The notes beneath the pieces are model-generated. The model did not search any database and was not told where the DNA came from. It worked only from the letters and a program-made list of their open reading frames with translations. From Takakia lepidozioides (Eukaryota; Plantae; Bryophyta): a stretch of DNA of 64,000 nt. Where the stretch lies: the NCBI GenBank assembly GCA_030704615.1, contig CM060733.1:11098001-11162000 (forward strand), in the 5' to 3' direction. Shown piece after piece: positions 35,547 through 49,655 of the stretch. The position numbers were made by a program, and so were the translations under genes. Positions within the stretch are counted from its first letter, which is position 1; every line of letters begins with the position of its first letter.

Positions 35547-38500
35547 TCACTCCTGAACAGTCATCAATGGAGAATTCAAATCAAAGGTCTCCCTGGTTCC
35601 ACCATCGGTAACGTCAGCTTGCTTCACAATGTCAACCACTGGATCTGTAAGTTCATCAAACGTTTTGGGCATAGGGGGTGCGGCGATGGGAATGAGGCCC
35701 TCCAGCATGTGCACCACAGTGGCCATGGACGGCCGCTGTGCTGGCTCTTCCTGTATGCACCAATACGCAACCTGCGTTTCACCATGCGGGACATCCACAT
35801 ACTGTCAGCCATCGTGTATTTGCTTTCATCAATCTGATCGAACCACTCTTACAAAAGGCCACTCAACCTTTTGGGTCCGAGGACGTTTTCTTAAGTGTGC
35901 CAATTTCCACAGCAATCCTGGGAAATATGGCGTGCCCATCTCTGAAGTACAGTGAATTCGGTATCTGCATGCATAAGCCATCCACCGGTATGATCCTACA
36001 ATTGCACAAAGAAACTGCAACTCCCTGTCCAGATCATGTAGTTTTAATCTTAGCTCCAGGCGGCAGCAGCGTTTTTAGGCATATCAAGTGCTAGCAACGT
36101 TAACATGTACATGCATGCAATTTCAGCACTCCTTTGCTAGCAGATTCACAACTGGTATCATTCCTAGAGCTCCAATTAAGCTGGTCAACAACTTATGAAT
36201 TCAAATGAATCAGGACCTTATAATATATAATTTGAAGTCGACTGTCGATCCAGCTGAAACAGCTGTAAATAGCTAAAAAAGTGTATGTGATGTCCAGATG
36301 GTGATTCCACAATTGAGTTTCAACTGATGTACGTGACTGATACGGATATATGTGTAGAGATACTACATACTTGCAAGGCGGTTTCGACCTGGCGCGCATC
36401 AAAACATCCAGCTAGATGGCTGTCAACCACATCTGTATATTTTCCCCTCGTGATCGCCTGCTGGAATCCCCATTTTGGAAAGAACAGCTTCGCGCTGCAA
36501 CTCACGGTTATATCTATATTTCTCCTGCCGGCAATGACCTGATCATCACCACCAGTTCCACATTGATACGTAACAGTTTGATTTTCGATGAGCAGCCTGC
36601 AGATACGTACAGTCTTGTGCACATGATCTAGATTGCTTATCCCGTAAAGAACTGCTAAGCGAACAAAAGTGAAACACCAACAGGTATGGATCAGGAACCC
36701 CTGAAGTCAAAGTACAAATTGTTAAGCTGTGGATACATGTCCAAACTTCAAACGAATGTACGGCAAATCTGCATTTGAAAATGGTGCGTCATCCATATGC
36801 AGGATTCTAGACAGGGAGCACTTGAAGAGTTGAATGAAAAGTCCTACCTCGAGAAGAACCAAACCAAAACTGTAAACGTCACTCTTGGAAGTGATGGCGG
36901 AATTGGCCATCCACTCAGGTGCCAAGTAGCCATGCGTGCCGCGCACACTAGTGAGAACTCGTGTCTGGTTTTTGGTCATGAACTTGGCAAGTCCAAAGTC
37001 GGATACTTTAGCCACGAATTTCCGATCGAGCAGAATGTTCTCAGGTTTGATGTCGCAGTGTATGATGCAGTCACGGCATTCGTTGTGCAAATAAGCCAGG
37101 GCTCTCGCTGTCCCTAGCAGGATCCGGAAGCGTGTATACCAGTCCAGCACCTGATTTTTTACCTGTCCCATTTCATACTGGTCAGACAACTTGTTAAGTC
37201 GAATCATCCAGCGATAGAGCTTGCAATTTTGAATTCTACTACTTCTTCTAATTCTTCTACAAGCTTCGAGATCTGAGCTAACAGTTTTAGCTTCCCGATT
37301 TTTGTATTTCACATACATATATAACTTACATCATCGTGCATCGTGACTTTGATCGAACTGTGAGAGTCGAGAAATCGTACAAAACCTTCGCGTGTTGTTT
37401 GTGAACGGCTTAAACGAAGCACCCTCAGGGACCCTCTCATCTCCCTCCTATTCTCCCAAGTTGATTTTCTGAACAACCTTTTAAATTATGTGCATGAGAT
37501 TCCGCTCTCGAGATTGAGTAAGTCTTAAGTTCTAGATAACACCACAATAGTTCGGCTGGCCATGCCAGTCTATGAGGCGGATCAGTCACGTTTTGCCAAT
37601 GCTCTGAAGTCTGCCTGTCAAAGTCAAATGCGAGGGTTTCGGGCAGAGGTAGCGACCATAGTCAAATTCTATGCACATAATTCAAAAAGGTTGCTCAGAA
37701 AATTAACTGGGGAGAATAGGAGGGAGATGAGACCCGGGTAGAATTGCTCCAGGGACAATGTAGATGCTTCGTTTAAGCCGTTCACAAACAATACGTGAAG
37801 GTTTTGTACGATCTGTAAATTTTGCTCTTAAAGTTGATCTCGGTAAATGTAGGGACAGATTTGAAGAGGTCTGCAGGGAGGACAATGTTCTCTCCAAATG
37901 GGTCGAAATTCCTAGATTCTGCCGTGTTTGACAAACTTAAATTTTCCAGGTCTGCATCTTGCCTGCGCATGTACTACCAAGGGATACGCTCGTTTGATTT
38001 CTCTACCTGGAGGTACATTAAACCGACCGGGAAAAGAAATCAACACGGCTGGTCACATAGATTTCGAGCACAGAAGCTCGAAATTGGGCCGTTCTGGACC
38101 TATATCTTCACTTGCGCTGTATGTAGATTCTAAACTAGTGCTCAAAGTGGTCGAGACAGCTGTACATACAGTCATCCTGAAGCGAGATCACAACACTTCA
38201 CAGAACTGCAAGATTGTCATCTGGAAGGTCTTTGGAATACTTGTGACATATAGCGACACGGCACAGGTAAATTACAGAACTGTTCGGGTTGCAAGTCTAG
38301 ATCGAAGGCTGCATTGTGACGTCCGGTTAGACGTACCTGATTAGATTCATCTTCGAACACAAACTTATCCAAGGAACCATTGGCCATGTACTCGTACACC
38401 AGGAGCCGATGGGGGCCCTCGGAGCAGAATCCGTAGAGGCGCACAAGGTTCATGTGGTGGGTGCTCCCTATAGTCGCTACCTCTGCCCGAAACTCTTTCT

Positions 38501-40483
38501 CTCCTTGCTGTGTTTTCTCCAGCTGCTTGACTGCAACACAAGTTTCGTCAGGAAGAATCCCTTTGTACACTGTGCCAAACCCCCCAGACCCCAACCTCTG
38601 AGAGAAATACCCTGTCGCAGCTTGCAATTCTTTGTAAGAAAATCGCGTTGGTGCACCAGGAATGTAGTCGAGAAAATGTCGTCCCCCCCAGTCCTCGTGC
38701 AATTTGGCCTCCCTCCACCAGTAACAGCAACAGGCCAACAGTATAACCAGAGCCATCACGAATGTCAGCACAATTATAGCGACAGTCTTGGGCGCTACAA
38801 GTCGTTGTGAGCCATGGTCAATAGGGGTTGGACTTGGTGCCTGCAGCTGAAGGCTAGAAAGATTCACCAATCCGTTCAGTTTCACAAACGATTTTGTGGA
38901 GGAGTTGATATGTCCAGTGTGCAGCTGTGACTTGAGCGAGCAGGTGCCATTGCCATCATACACATAAAGGGCCCCGGCACACAGACAGTCCTCTGCACAT
39001 CTCTGTACGCACTCACTCTCAGAAACCGCACCCGCAATACCTCTATAGTCGTTGCCCACATACTCCGTATTATCCAGATTCAAAAATTGTTGTCCAGCCG
39101 GGCCACCGTTGCAGTCCAGCAGCATGGGTGGTTCACATCCTTGGGACCTACGATAATACATTCCACAGGATCATGTGAAGAATACTGCACTGGAAAAGAC
39201 ATCCAGCACGGTGTACTTAAACATATGATCTATCTTTGCAATGCAAGATAACGCGCTTTCATGCAAGCTTGACTGTTCGAGAACAGCGTCTGGAAATGAA
39301 AAAAAATTCTAAGTTTTAGAAGTTCAGTACTAGCTGTACATACATATCAAATGCGTACAAATAATTTGGCGAGCTCAGATATATTGAGTTGATTGCATTA
39401 CCAGTCTGTGGGGTCGACGATGGAGAATCCAAGGGGACAGCTACACATAAGATCAGGCTCGTAACTGCAAATCCCATATGCGCCGCACAGATCGGTGACC
39501 ATGCACTCGTCGTTCATAGCCCTCCACACTACAGTCCAAGTCTGCGAAATCGGTGTCCAACTATGAATGCGAAGGGCCCCATTGACAGCTAGAGTCAACC
39601 GTCGCAGGGCGGGGGTACCCGCGTCGCTGCTTCTCCACGAAACAACGTCTGATCCAGGGCCATTGTAGACTCCAAAGATCCCTGAAGAGCTTAGAAAAGC
39701 AGAGGAATTCTCAAAGTTTGTGGTATTCCCTGGAGCACTCCAGTAGTAAGCCGGACTCAAGAAGTTGTACAGGCGCAGGTTTCCCTCGATCTCCATCTCC
39801 AGAGAGTACCGTCCAGTGCCTGGATTGGAGCTTGTTTGCCAAGACAACAGCTGCGAGCCAGAAAGAAGGTGCTGCTCTGGCAAGAGAGTATCTGAGGGGT
39901 AGTGGAAACTCTCCCATACGACCTCCATTCTGCTGTTTTTTAAAACCAAGTTACCAGAATCCAAAATCTCTCCACTGGTGACATTTTTAGAGCGGGTATC
40001 GCTCTCCCACACGGGCTGATCTTGTGAGAGGAAATCCAAAAGAATCAGATTTCCATCGCTTCGCAGCTGCAGAGAGGCTCCAGAGGTCACTGGGCTGTTT
40101 CTATTAGCAATCCACACCACTGTCTGCAGGGAGATGTTGGCATACCAAATGCTCACTGTGTACGCATTCTCACCCAACGCGTGAAAGCCCAAAGCGAACA
40201 TACCATTGGTCGATACCCACGAGCTACTCTCATTGGGTTGGAGGCTTGACCCCAACTTCAGAACACTGCTCTCAGGATTTTGGACTACAAACTGAGCTTT
40301 CACACTGCCCATACAATCCCATGGGAGAAGAAATCCTGACAGCTGCAGTATGATCGTAATGCAGATAGTGCTTATGGAATTCACCCGTCTTCGGGCCGAT
40401 GGGTTTGAATTCGTCCATGGCCTCATGCTGCACGCACTTTTACTCAGGACCTGCAGAGAGATTCTCCACTGCATACCTTCCAT
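35547..40483 (-). CDS. G-type (bulb) lectin S-domain receptor-like Ser/Thr kinase, SD2-like, non-RD
   Basis: B-lectin (FALGF...VVWIANR...LRSDGNLIL...VWES...DSGNLVL...[13 protein letters not shown]), EGF-like (CGAYGIC...CSCP.GF), PAN ([11 protein letters not shown]), TM segment, and kinase ([28 protein letters not shown]). Exons ~40483-39402, 39147-38337, 37150-36848, 36538-36371, 35771-35547. The start Met is uncertain. Confidence 0.95.
37374..37812. repeat. Long inverted repeat (foldback/MITE-like) in intron 2 of the lectin kinase
   Basis: 37374-37495 is the reverse complement of 37671-37812, e.g. TTGTTTGTGAACGGCTTAAACGAAGCA / TGCTTCGTTTAAGCCGTTCACAAACAA and TCTCATCTCCCTCCTATTCTCCC / GGGAGAATAGGAGGGAGATGAGA. 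Confidence 0.88.
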
Positions 40484-42894
40484 CCCTGTCCTTCAAGGAA
40501 CCTTTCGGAGAAGAATATTAGAGGTGCAACAAGCTCTGTAGATGCTGCTTGAAGTTCATTCCTGCGCTGGCACTGAGAATGATCTTTGTGACTGCACTGC
40601 GTGCTGGTTGCTGGCTGCCTTTCCTTGCAGCTAGTAAGATCTAGATTTGTGCTCAAAGTTGTACCAATTGATGTTCAAAAGAATTGCATGTTTCATAGCT
40701 TGCATATATGGATCCAAACTGATTCAACAATCTTCCCAAAAGATTAAAGCGAGCTGCGACTATTATCCGAGGTCATCTTTTTCTTCTATCAAATGTCCCC
40801 AGGTGAAGATCGTATGAGTGCAAGGAGCCCATACATGCGCTGATATATAGCTGATCATCCAGCTGTGGCCCCTAATTCAGACGACTCATACTCTGCATCT
40901 GAGGGGAATGAAACCAGAGAAGTGAATTCCAGAGCGTGTACACGAGCGTGCACATGCTTTCAAGATCAAGAATTGCTGAAGAGAAGAGGAGAAGAGACTC
41001 GAGGATGTGGGTACAGCGCCGCCATCATAATCTGGACATGGATCGCCCACGTGGCAATCTGTTGGCATCTATCTGCGTACTTGTCCATCCTGCATGTGCG
41101 AGCAAGTCCACATAATCATGTTGGGCAACAAGTGCTACAAACGCAAACAAATTATCCTTCTTCACCTTCCATCTTTTGAGACGCGCATCCACAGCTATCA
41201 CAATCTTCATGCTTCTTGATCTCGAACTTGGCCCACCCTACCTATTTGCATGGCCACCAAACCTGTCCAAACGATCAGAATTTTGGGCCTAGCAAACCAG
41301 CTCTTGAATGTGGCTTGGCAAATATGTTGACATTGCATGCAGAATACGAAATTCTTCGCATCACGAGTGATGATGATGATCATCTTGTCTGGTGCAAGGA
41401 CGCAAACTCTTGAGGAACTCTTTCAAGAAGCTTGTTGCGCTGCACACACACACGCTCCCGCTCCATTCAGGTCTGATGGAGGAAGGACAGTTGCGGTACT
41501 GTGGGTCCTTCCCTCTCGGCATCTCTACTTGTCATGAGGGCGTAGAGCTAAAGCGACCATCATCAAGTAGAGCTGCGAATAAGTTGGAACCGACGATACA
41601 TGAAGGCCTGCACGTAAAATGGGCAGTGTTTGTACAACCCAAGGAATGGATCTACTGACATCCATGTGCAGTTTACCAATCAACTTGTTTCAGCTTGTCC
41701 TCGCACTCTATACATGTGCGTTCGTACTCAATGCAAAGCTCTGAGCTGCTCCACGTCGATGCTCATGACCTGTGGGTGGACAGGGGGTCAAGGAACTTCT
41801 GACATACAGTGGGTGGGAAGGAAGACGGTTCAACCTGGCAGTCAACAAAGGTTTCCATGAGCAAATGTAAGTTGAAGTAGCAAAGGGACCAGCAGGATTG
41901 AAATTGTGCGCATGGCCAGCAGGATTCAAACCTGCAGGCACGAAAAGTTCCAGATGTTTGTCCTGCTCACTTGCTTACATACCAGTACAGGGTAGACAGA
42001 AACTTGCAGAAAATTCACAAGTTGCGTGATCAAAACATGGATTTTTATTATATATGTGAGCCTTTGATGGGGTGAAGGAACAGCCTCCAAGACACCCGCT
42101 GTGACTGCAACTCCGGCAATGAGTTTCATGGGGGCAAATCACAGTTTTCTTCAAACAGATTCATGGTATTGTCTCCATTCTTCACTCGCTGGAGATGTGC
42201 ATCTTTTTTGCTGTGCACCATAGTCAGACACTGCAACATACTATGCGTATGGTGCTAGCCTACGCACAGAGAATCATGTACAGCTGCCTGGATGCCATCA
42301 TAGGAAAGTAAGGTTGCTGCGAAGTACCAAGGAAACAACTAGCTGAGTCCTCACCTGTGGCCAGCATGTGGAAGTTCATCAACAGCAACTAACTCAGAAC
42401 ATACTCAAGTACGAGCATAAGAGACCTGTACTAGCAACCATCTGGAGTGTGGCAGCCAATGTTGGAACCAGTCTGCTGAATGAAACACCAGCGATAGAAC
42501 ATAGGGATGAGCATCTGTGAGAACCCACCAGCAGTGGTTGTGAAAGAGTGCACGTACGCACGTTACACCTCCCTCCCTGGATGGAATGACATGCTTATAT
42601 CTCCTCTCAAACCAAAATTGTGGCATTTGATGAAGCAGCTCCTTCCTTGTAGTAGAAGGGTAGTAGAAGCTACACAATCTACTTATGAGGTACCTGTAGA
42701 ATTTAACCTTAGGTTTTGGAGAACACGTCTTTCTTTGCTGGCGTTTAATTTAACTTTGGATGTCACCTACCAAAATGGAGTGATTCTGAACTTTTAAATG
42801 GGCCTCAGCGCAACTAATCCGCATGTAATGGCAAACACCATGGGATGGTCAGGAGCCCCAAACATCTCAATTCAAAATTGGTTTTGCAAGTCAA

Positions 42895-45800
42895 TCAAAG
42901 GCCCAGCAGTATGTAGTAGATGAGTGTAATTGGCAAAGATATCAGCATCCCAAATATCACCCTGCCATTCAACCAGCACACATTCCAATTAGTCTCACTT
43001 TTCCTGCTAAAGATTATAAGCAGTTACGGTCGCTCTATTTTCTTTTCTCGGCCTCTGGGTCATGCCTGTAAGTAAAACACTGAAAAAACCCACCTCTTAA
43101 TCTCCCACCCCCTAGCCTCCTCTTGTGTCCCCTTCCTGCTTCAGCCATCAAGGATTAATTATATCGTCCTTCTCTCCTTTCCGTATCCCTGAGTATATAA
43201 TCTTCTCTCCAACCCTGAACTTCCATGATGCAAGGGAAGGAACATACGCTGTGCTGAGAATGTCAGGGTGAACATTGTACTCCTTTGCAAACACGAAAGG
43301 AACTATGCCTTGGGGTAGTGCAGCCTGTTTCACACAGATTCAGTTAACTACCAACAGAGATGTCTGGACCCATGTGAAATCCTGACAAGCTTACCCCATC
43401 TTCCACATACCATGGACAGTACTCTATATAAGAAACGATTTTGTTTTCCTATTACTTGCATAGCTTTCTCTTTAATAGACATTTAGACTTGTCAATACAG
43501 ATAGATATGGCTCAAGGAGAGTGGAAGCTTGGGCACCATATTGTTTGGCTTTGTCTTGGACAGATTTGACAAAAAGTTGAAACTTGGGGGGGGAAAGTTG
43601 AAAGAGGGCTTGCACTTACTTGGACAATAGACACATGCAGACTGACACCACGAAGGCCAACCAGGTACGAAGCTGCTGCAAATGCAGCAGGACCAGTAAG
43701 GAACCGAATTGCCATTCCAAATACAGCCAGGGGCGTCCCACACACGATAATGCGCTCTTGCAATCCCATGAACAGGCCTGTAAGGAAAAGACAAAATAAA
43801 ATTCAGATTTTTTCTAAAGCTGGAATATGATCTTCAAGAGCATTCAATAGTGGCACTAGAGGAACTTAGCACATGGCACTCGAAGAAGCATGCCCGGCAA
43901 ATATCCCACACTAAAAATGGTCAGAAAACACTGGACATCTCTCAGTAGCTGTACTTCACCCGCGCATTTGTTGACTCCTCGAGTAGCTTAGGAAACGCAG
44001 TACTCAAACGCTGAACAAGTTTAGGTGCCTTGATGGTAGAACAGTCCCCACAAGAGAAGACATCTTATACAATAGGTCAGAGAGGGGCAGAGTCAAGAGT
44101 AGGCCTACCAAGACTAAACATGGCCATCCCCAGACCTGCATCTGACAAAATGTGCACTGAGTTGTGCAATAGCAGGGGCATTTTGAAGTTCCATCTGCAA
44201 ATCAGTCAAGAATGTTGTGTGTCATGCAGAGGCCAAAGGTCACATTTACAGTAATACCAAATTATGCTACTATGAACATCTTTGGAGCCTGGAAACTCAA
44301 AAACATTAGACCAAGCCCACCAGAACTAGAAGAGGAATGAACTGTAATTAAGTTTTTCTGAACTTCCACAGATCAACCAGTTCAAATGCCCGATTTATCC
44401 TTATGCACTAGCTGCTCAAGCGATGATGTTAAAGTACATGAGTTCAGCAGTGGAGGGCTTTGGACGCTTGTTATCATGTGGTACAGGAAAGGAGTTCTGT
44501 GCAAGTTTCAGCTTCACCAACAGTAAGTCATTCCTCGTCAGCACTGTAGCATGTGTAATGACAACAGATTATTATAATAACATTTATGACTTCCAACAAA
44601 ACCCATTAGTAGCAATATTTGTACATGAGGATGGCAAGCATGTACTCGAAGTATCATAATTTGAGACGTACAGGTCCAGACAACATTCTTAGGAGTTCAG
44701 ATAGGAAGGGTGAAGATATAGGACCTGCAGGCAACAAGGGACCAGACAAGTCCGATCAAGCTGGAATATGTATTGGGGTTGCGGACGAGCTTCCTAAGCG
44801 TCATGACACATATGAGCTTGAACATAACAGTGGAAGGAGGCATGCTAGTCTTGGCTCCATCCTCAGCCTCCTTGGGCCTCAATTCAGCAGTGGACGTGGA
44901 ACCAAATTTAGAATTAAGACTCGGATCATCCTTGTCCTGTGCGTCATCACCTTTGAAAAGTCCCCTGTTGCCAAAACTGAAGTCGTCGTTCGCATACTCC
45001 TCATAGGTTTGTTGTGCAGACACCGGTGCGGCTGCCAAAAAGTTGACAGGAACAGTTAAAACTCATACGTCCCGAAAATTCAACTCTAAGCTTCCGAAAG
45101 AATTTATGAGGAGTTTGAGAAGAGATATGAATCAAGAATCAAGACATTGCCTAGCAATGCATAGGACGAGAAGTGGACAATTGATACAGACCACAGACGG
45201 AGATGATCGACAACGCAGTGCGGAAAATAGAGGGAGAAATTTACCTCCACTAGGAGGCTGCTCAGTCGAAGGTAGGACAAGCAAGCGCACTTCCTTCGGG
45301 TCATAGTCACGCCGGGAGCTCAGATCCCCCGCACCAAAATCACTTCCACCGAATACATGCAGTCCTCCTTCTGAACATGGAGAGGCACTTGAACTCCACA
45401 CAAACATGTGAAGCTCCTTGGCATCCTCCATCCTAGGGGACGCCCTTGGATCCAATATCTTCTTTGTGATTTGAGAGATCTTCGGGGAATACACTGGATT
45501 TCCGTTGGTACCATTGCTCCCCGGATAGACTGTCCTACCACCGACGCCAGTGCCGGGAGTCCCAAGCATTCCCGCTCTGTGCCCCGCATCACCGTTGCCC
45601 CCCGGAGCTCTAGGTACTGTAAAAGCGTGCCCTCCATTTCCTGCATGATATGTAGATGCTGCAAGGCGCGGAGAGTTGATGATGTTCCCACTGTTCGGGT
45701 AAACATGCAGATCCTTTGACTGCTCCTCGGCGAAATTGGACGATCGGGGAGTTGGACCCCTGGAGGAGTGGATCGAGTAGACATCGGAGGAGTTGAAGTT

Positions 45801-46649
45801 TGACTGGCGGGGATCATGACCCGACATCATGGAGTAGAAATCATTGTGATTGAAGCTGGACTCGCGGGGAGTCAGATTGACAGAGGAATGCAGAGAGTAA
45901 ATTTCAGCACCAGACATGTTGGAAGGGCGTGGTGTGAGAGCCTTGGAAGAAGGCATCGACGTCAGGCCAAGGGATCTGCCAGAAGACATTGTGGAATTCA
46001 GACCCTGGGAACGGGCGGATACCGATCTACGCAATTTCACGTGAAGCTTTCCATCATCTCCAATCTCCGCCTCTGCTTGCACTGGCTCCCTCCCATCGAG
46101 AGATGTGACATCCGAGTCAACATTGAACGAGACAATTGAAGCCGCATTCTCAGGAAACTGTTCCATGATGAGAAGGCGAGCCGCGCGATACTCATACAAG
46201 ATAAGAAGGAGGGTGTACCAAATGATGCACTGTAGAACTACGGCTTGTACTGTGAGGCTTCCAGGTACTGCTCCATACATGGCAGCGAGAAGCGGAGTTC
46301 CCATCACCAAGGTGTTGGGAAGGGTGGCCAGCATGAATATAGTGATCATCCAGTCCAAGCTACCCCTGCGTGTGTATCTTACCCACAGCCCCAGGATAAT
46401 CAGGATAGAAATTTTGGAGACCGCATCGGCAGCAATGAATCTGAAGTTCATTGTGTAGGGATCATTGCCTGAAATGAACTGGAAGGATAGCAACGGGACT
46501 GCAAAGACGGACACAAATCGGTTGATTCCCCCGCATTGTGCAGGGGTTAAGATCTTCCACCATTTCAGTGAACCGTACGCCAAGATCATCGATACATACA
46601 GAGGCACCACAGCACTGAGAACTTTGTATAGATCCTTTCCACTAATCAT
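42895..46649 (-). CDS. PIN: Canonical long PIN-FORMED auxin efflux carrier (~699 aa, 6 exons)
   Basis: N-terminal TMD ([12 protein letters not shown]...GINRFV...LPNTLVMG), loop with three TPRXS motifs and [19 protein letters not shown], and C-terminal TMD ([16 protein letters not shown]...VIFGML...YYILLGL*). Exons 46649-45245, 45031-44725, 44194-44109, 43777-43620, 43324-43248, 42961-42895 sum to 2100 nt, all GT-AG. Confidence 0.97.
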
Positions 46650-49100
46650 CTTGCAGTTTATAAAAAGTCCGGGCCGCTTCCGGACCGCTTCGAGCGAGCT
46701 CCAAATAGTCGCTCCTCCTCGATCCTCGGCTGCGAAGAGAACTATCCCCTTGACATGTCGTCTTCTTCACATCTCCTCAGTAAGGTTGGAGGGAACTGAA
46801 CCGTGAGGGAGACATTCTAGTCAATTGCATTTTGCACGTCACCCATGGATGCTGGCGAAGGTGCGCTGGTTTTAGGAAACCATAAAATTATCTCGGACGT
46901 CATCAAGACGAAGAAACTATCTGGACACTCCCTGAGGTAATGAACAATGCTTTTTCTCCCTAATGCCGCCTCTGATCCGTCTCTGGAGGTGGTAACTTCA
47001 CCATGCTCAACCAGAGCATTAATACCGTACCTTGTCAAGATTTGTGCCTGCAGGCTATAGCCGAGATTCTATACGCCAGCTTCTTCTACTCGTAGCTCGT
47101 TTTGTGCTAGTGACAACCGATGCTTGTGTTGTGACTTCCATATCAAGTAGATCATTTGTTGAATTTTCGCAGCAGCTGGAGCTGGCATTGTACGATCTGC
47201 ACGGTCACCTCTCTGCCTTCTCACGTTTGCACACCATACAGCTCCATTCCAACTTACAGGTCAGTTACATGTCCTTTGCCTGTCAATGCAAACTTGCTTC
47301 ATTACTCCTGTATACATTGCTGTGCCAGTTGCAGATCTAAGAAACCCTGGAAAGCCTCGCATTCCTCTCCGCAGTGTTCAGTTGGGCACCTTTTTATCTG
47401 ACAGAGCTAGGGGCCATGTGTATTGACTGATCAAGCCTGAACATTATAAATTCTCTCTCTTGCAACTTCTTTACTGGTTCACCAATCGTTATAGACAACT
47501 GCAAACTTGAATCAAAATCTTTTCCCGGGTCATATCAAGAACAAGTTTGCCTAAAGTCCCTCCATCATGTACCTAGACCTCCATCATATTTTTCGCTTGC
47601 TACTCAAGACCTTCGCCTTGTAAGGACAGCGAAGTAGAATGGAAAAAATTATGATCCAATTCTGCTGGAGCTGGTCATGTACAGTTGTAGACCTAAGAAG
47701 GTTCCTCCAGGACACAATACGCGATAGACCACTTGTAAAGCTGATGAGGTAGAGGAATATCTAGACCACTCTGATTCAAGTGAGTTGCCCTGTTGCTGGA
47801 CAAACACAATGTGCAAACCGCACTGAGCACTTCCACGGATTAGTCTGGACCTGACTCTGAAAGTGATCTCTCCTTCCGAAAGTTCTCTACTGCACCAACA
47901 GGTCAAACAGCTGGAGCCTTCCCTCGACGTTCTAGCAGAAACTGGGAGGAGGCTTACGCCGGTTGCAGCTGGTGCCGATTCACCGGGAGCTTATCCCAAA
48001 CCTTCGTAAATCTCAGAAGAAAAGAGAGCGACTCTCTGTGGCAGCTCGTTCACTCCTTCCCCAGACCCCTCTCTCGAAGAACCCTCTAAGATGAACTGCA
48101 AGTCTACTCTCCACGAACATGAAAGAGCGAGGCAGGCAGATGCAACAGCAGGAGAAGAAGCTCAAACTTCTCTGTATTTGATGAGATGCCCAACGTGCAA
48201 TGTGTAGAGTTGAGCCAAGTAAAAGCATGCAATAAATGGGGCAGGTCGGGCACGGTACAGACTGTGGAGAGGGACGGGTGAGGGTGCAAGCTCAAGTGAT
48301 ACTAGCCTACCGAAAGGGAGGTGCAGAAAGGCAGGGTGAGTGCTGTCAGAGCTGTGCAGCGCCGCAGGCGCCGGAGAAAGCGAGCCCGCCCCGACCGCGC
48401 TCCTGTTTCCGTCTGCCCCTGTCCCCCGTTTTAGCCCGTGGGCAGCCTCCCATCTACTTCACTGAGAACGCTTATTATGCACACCTCTTTGGGACTAGTT
48501 ACACAATGACTCGCTATTATGCAAAGCTAACCCAGCAGCTCAAGAAAAACCAAAGGAGGGCTGATCAATCCGTGGACCAGTTTTTGGAGGGCTGATTTAT
48601 CTTAAGCATGAAATTGGGAGACCCCTCCGAAAGGATGAGCCACACCCATGGGAGTCAGTGACCAGATTCGATATATCTTTCGATGGGAAATAGGAAGGGG
48701 AGATGGACACTGGAGCTAGGAGCATGGTGAGAGTTCGCAACACATGTGGCGTGTCCTTTTTTATGTGAGGGGGAGTAGCCAGCTTTTTGGTGCTGCCAGA
48801 TCAAATCTTCTCGTGATTTCACAGCGCCGCCGCAGTACGTCCTTCAAGTTTTGCATAGCATGTTCGAGCCTGGAGGATTGGCAGGACAGATAAAAGAAGA
48901 ATGGCAGAGGAGGAGGTGAGGCGCAGGGAGGGTCGGACCCACGGCTCGCGGCTGGCGTGCGTCGCCCCCAGTGTTGCCGGCATTGCAGCTACCTCCATGA
49001 TGCGCATGCAGCCTCGCCGACTCGCCGAGTACTTCCTTACACTGCCTCTCTCTCTCTCATCACGTGAAGCCAGGCTTCACGTCACTGCTGCCCCTCTGCA

Positions 49101-49604
49101 CATCCTCCGTCCTATCTCTGCCATCTAACCTGGTAAGTTCTCCATCCCTCGCACCCACATACCGATTTTTTTTTGTTGAAATAGAGAACACATGAAGCAA
49201 CCCTCTATGTCAACAGTGGGATTCGGACCCACGCCCTCATCCTCCGTCTTGTCTACCATCACACTGCTCCTCTTAAGCTATAATTTTTCCAGTTTAATCC
49301 ATCCCTAGCACCCACGCAAAGGATTGAAAAAAATCGAGAGCACATTCATCGACTGCTATACAACAGATATGAGCACTATGTCGACTGTGGGATTCGAACC
49401 CACGCCCTCATCCTCCGTCCTGTAGATCCTCATCACACTGCTCCTCTTCACCTCTACCATCTACCTTGGTAAGTTTTTCCATTTAATCCATCGCTAGCAC
49501 CCCAACATGCCGGAATGAAAAAGTAAAGGATTGCACTCATCGACAGACATTAGAGCAGGATGAGCCCATTCTATGTCAACAGTGGGGAATCGAACCCACG
49601 CCCT
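49101..49604 (-). repeat. Three tandem units (137/171/196 bp), each containing the 3' ~31 nt of tRNA-Leu plus its downstream flank
   Basis: On the plus strand, units start CATCCTCCGTC at 49101, 49238 and 49409 and end ...GTGGG(G)A(T/A)TCG(A/G)ACCCACGCCCT. Confidence 0.85.
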
Positions 49605-49655
49605 TTCGGACCAGTACCTGAAACTGGCGCCTTTGACCAACTCGGCCATATTGAC
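49574..49655 (-). tRNA. tRNA-Leu(CAG)
   Basis: GTCAATATGGCCGAGTTGGTCAAAGGCGCCAGTTTCAGGTACTGGTCCGAAAGGGCGTGGGTTCGATTCCCCACTGTTGACA: paired acceptor stem, CCAGT/ACTGG anticodon stem with CAG, long variable arm. The T-loop appears 1 nt long. Confidence 0.9.

Noticed and set aside
49101-49604. CRISPR-like repeat/spacer appearance
   Set aside because: Eukaryotic context, no cas genes, spacers homologous to each other, and the repeat is a tRNA fragment.
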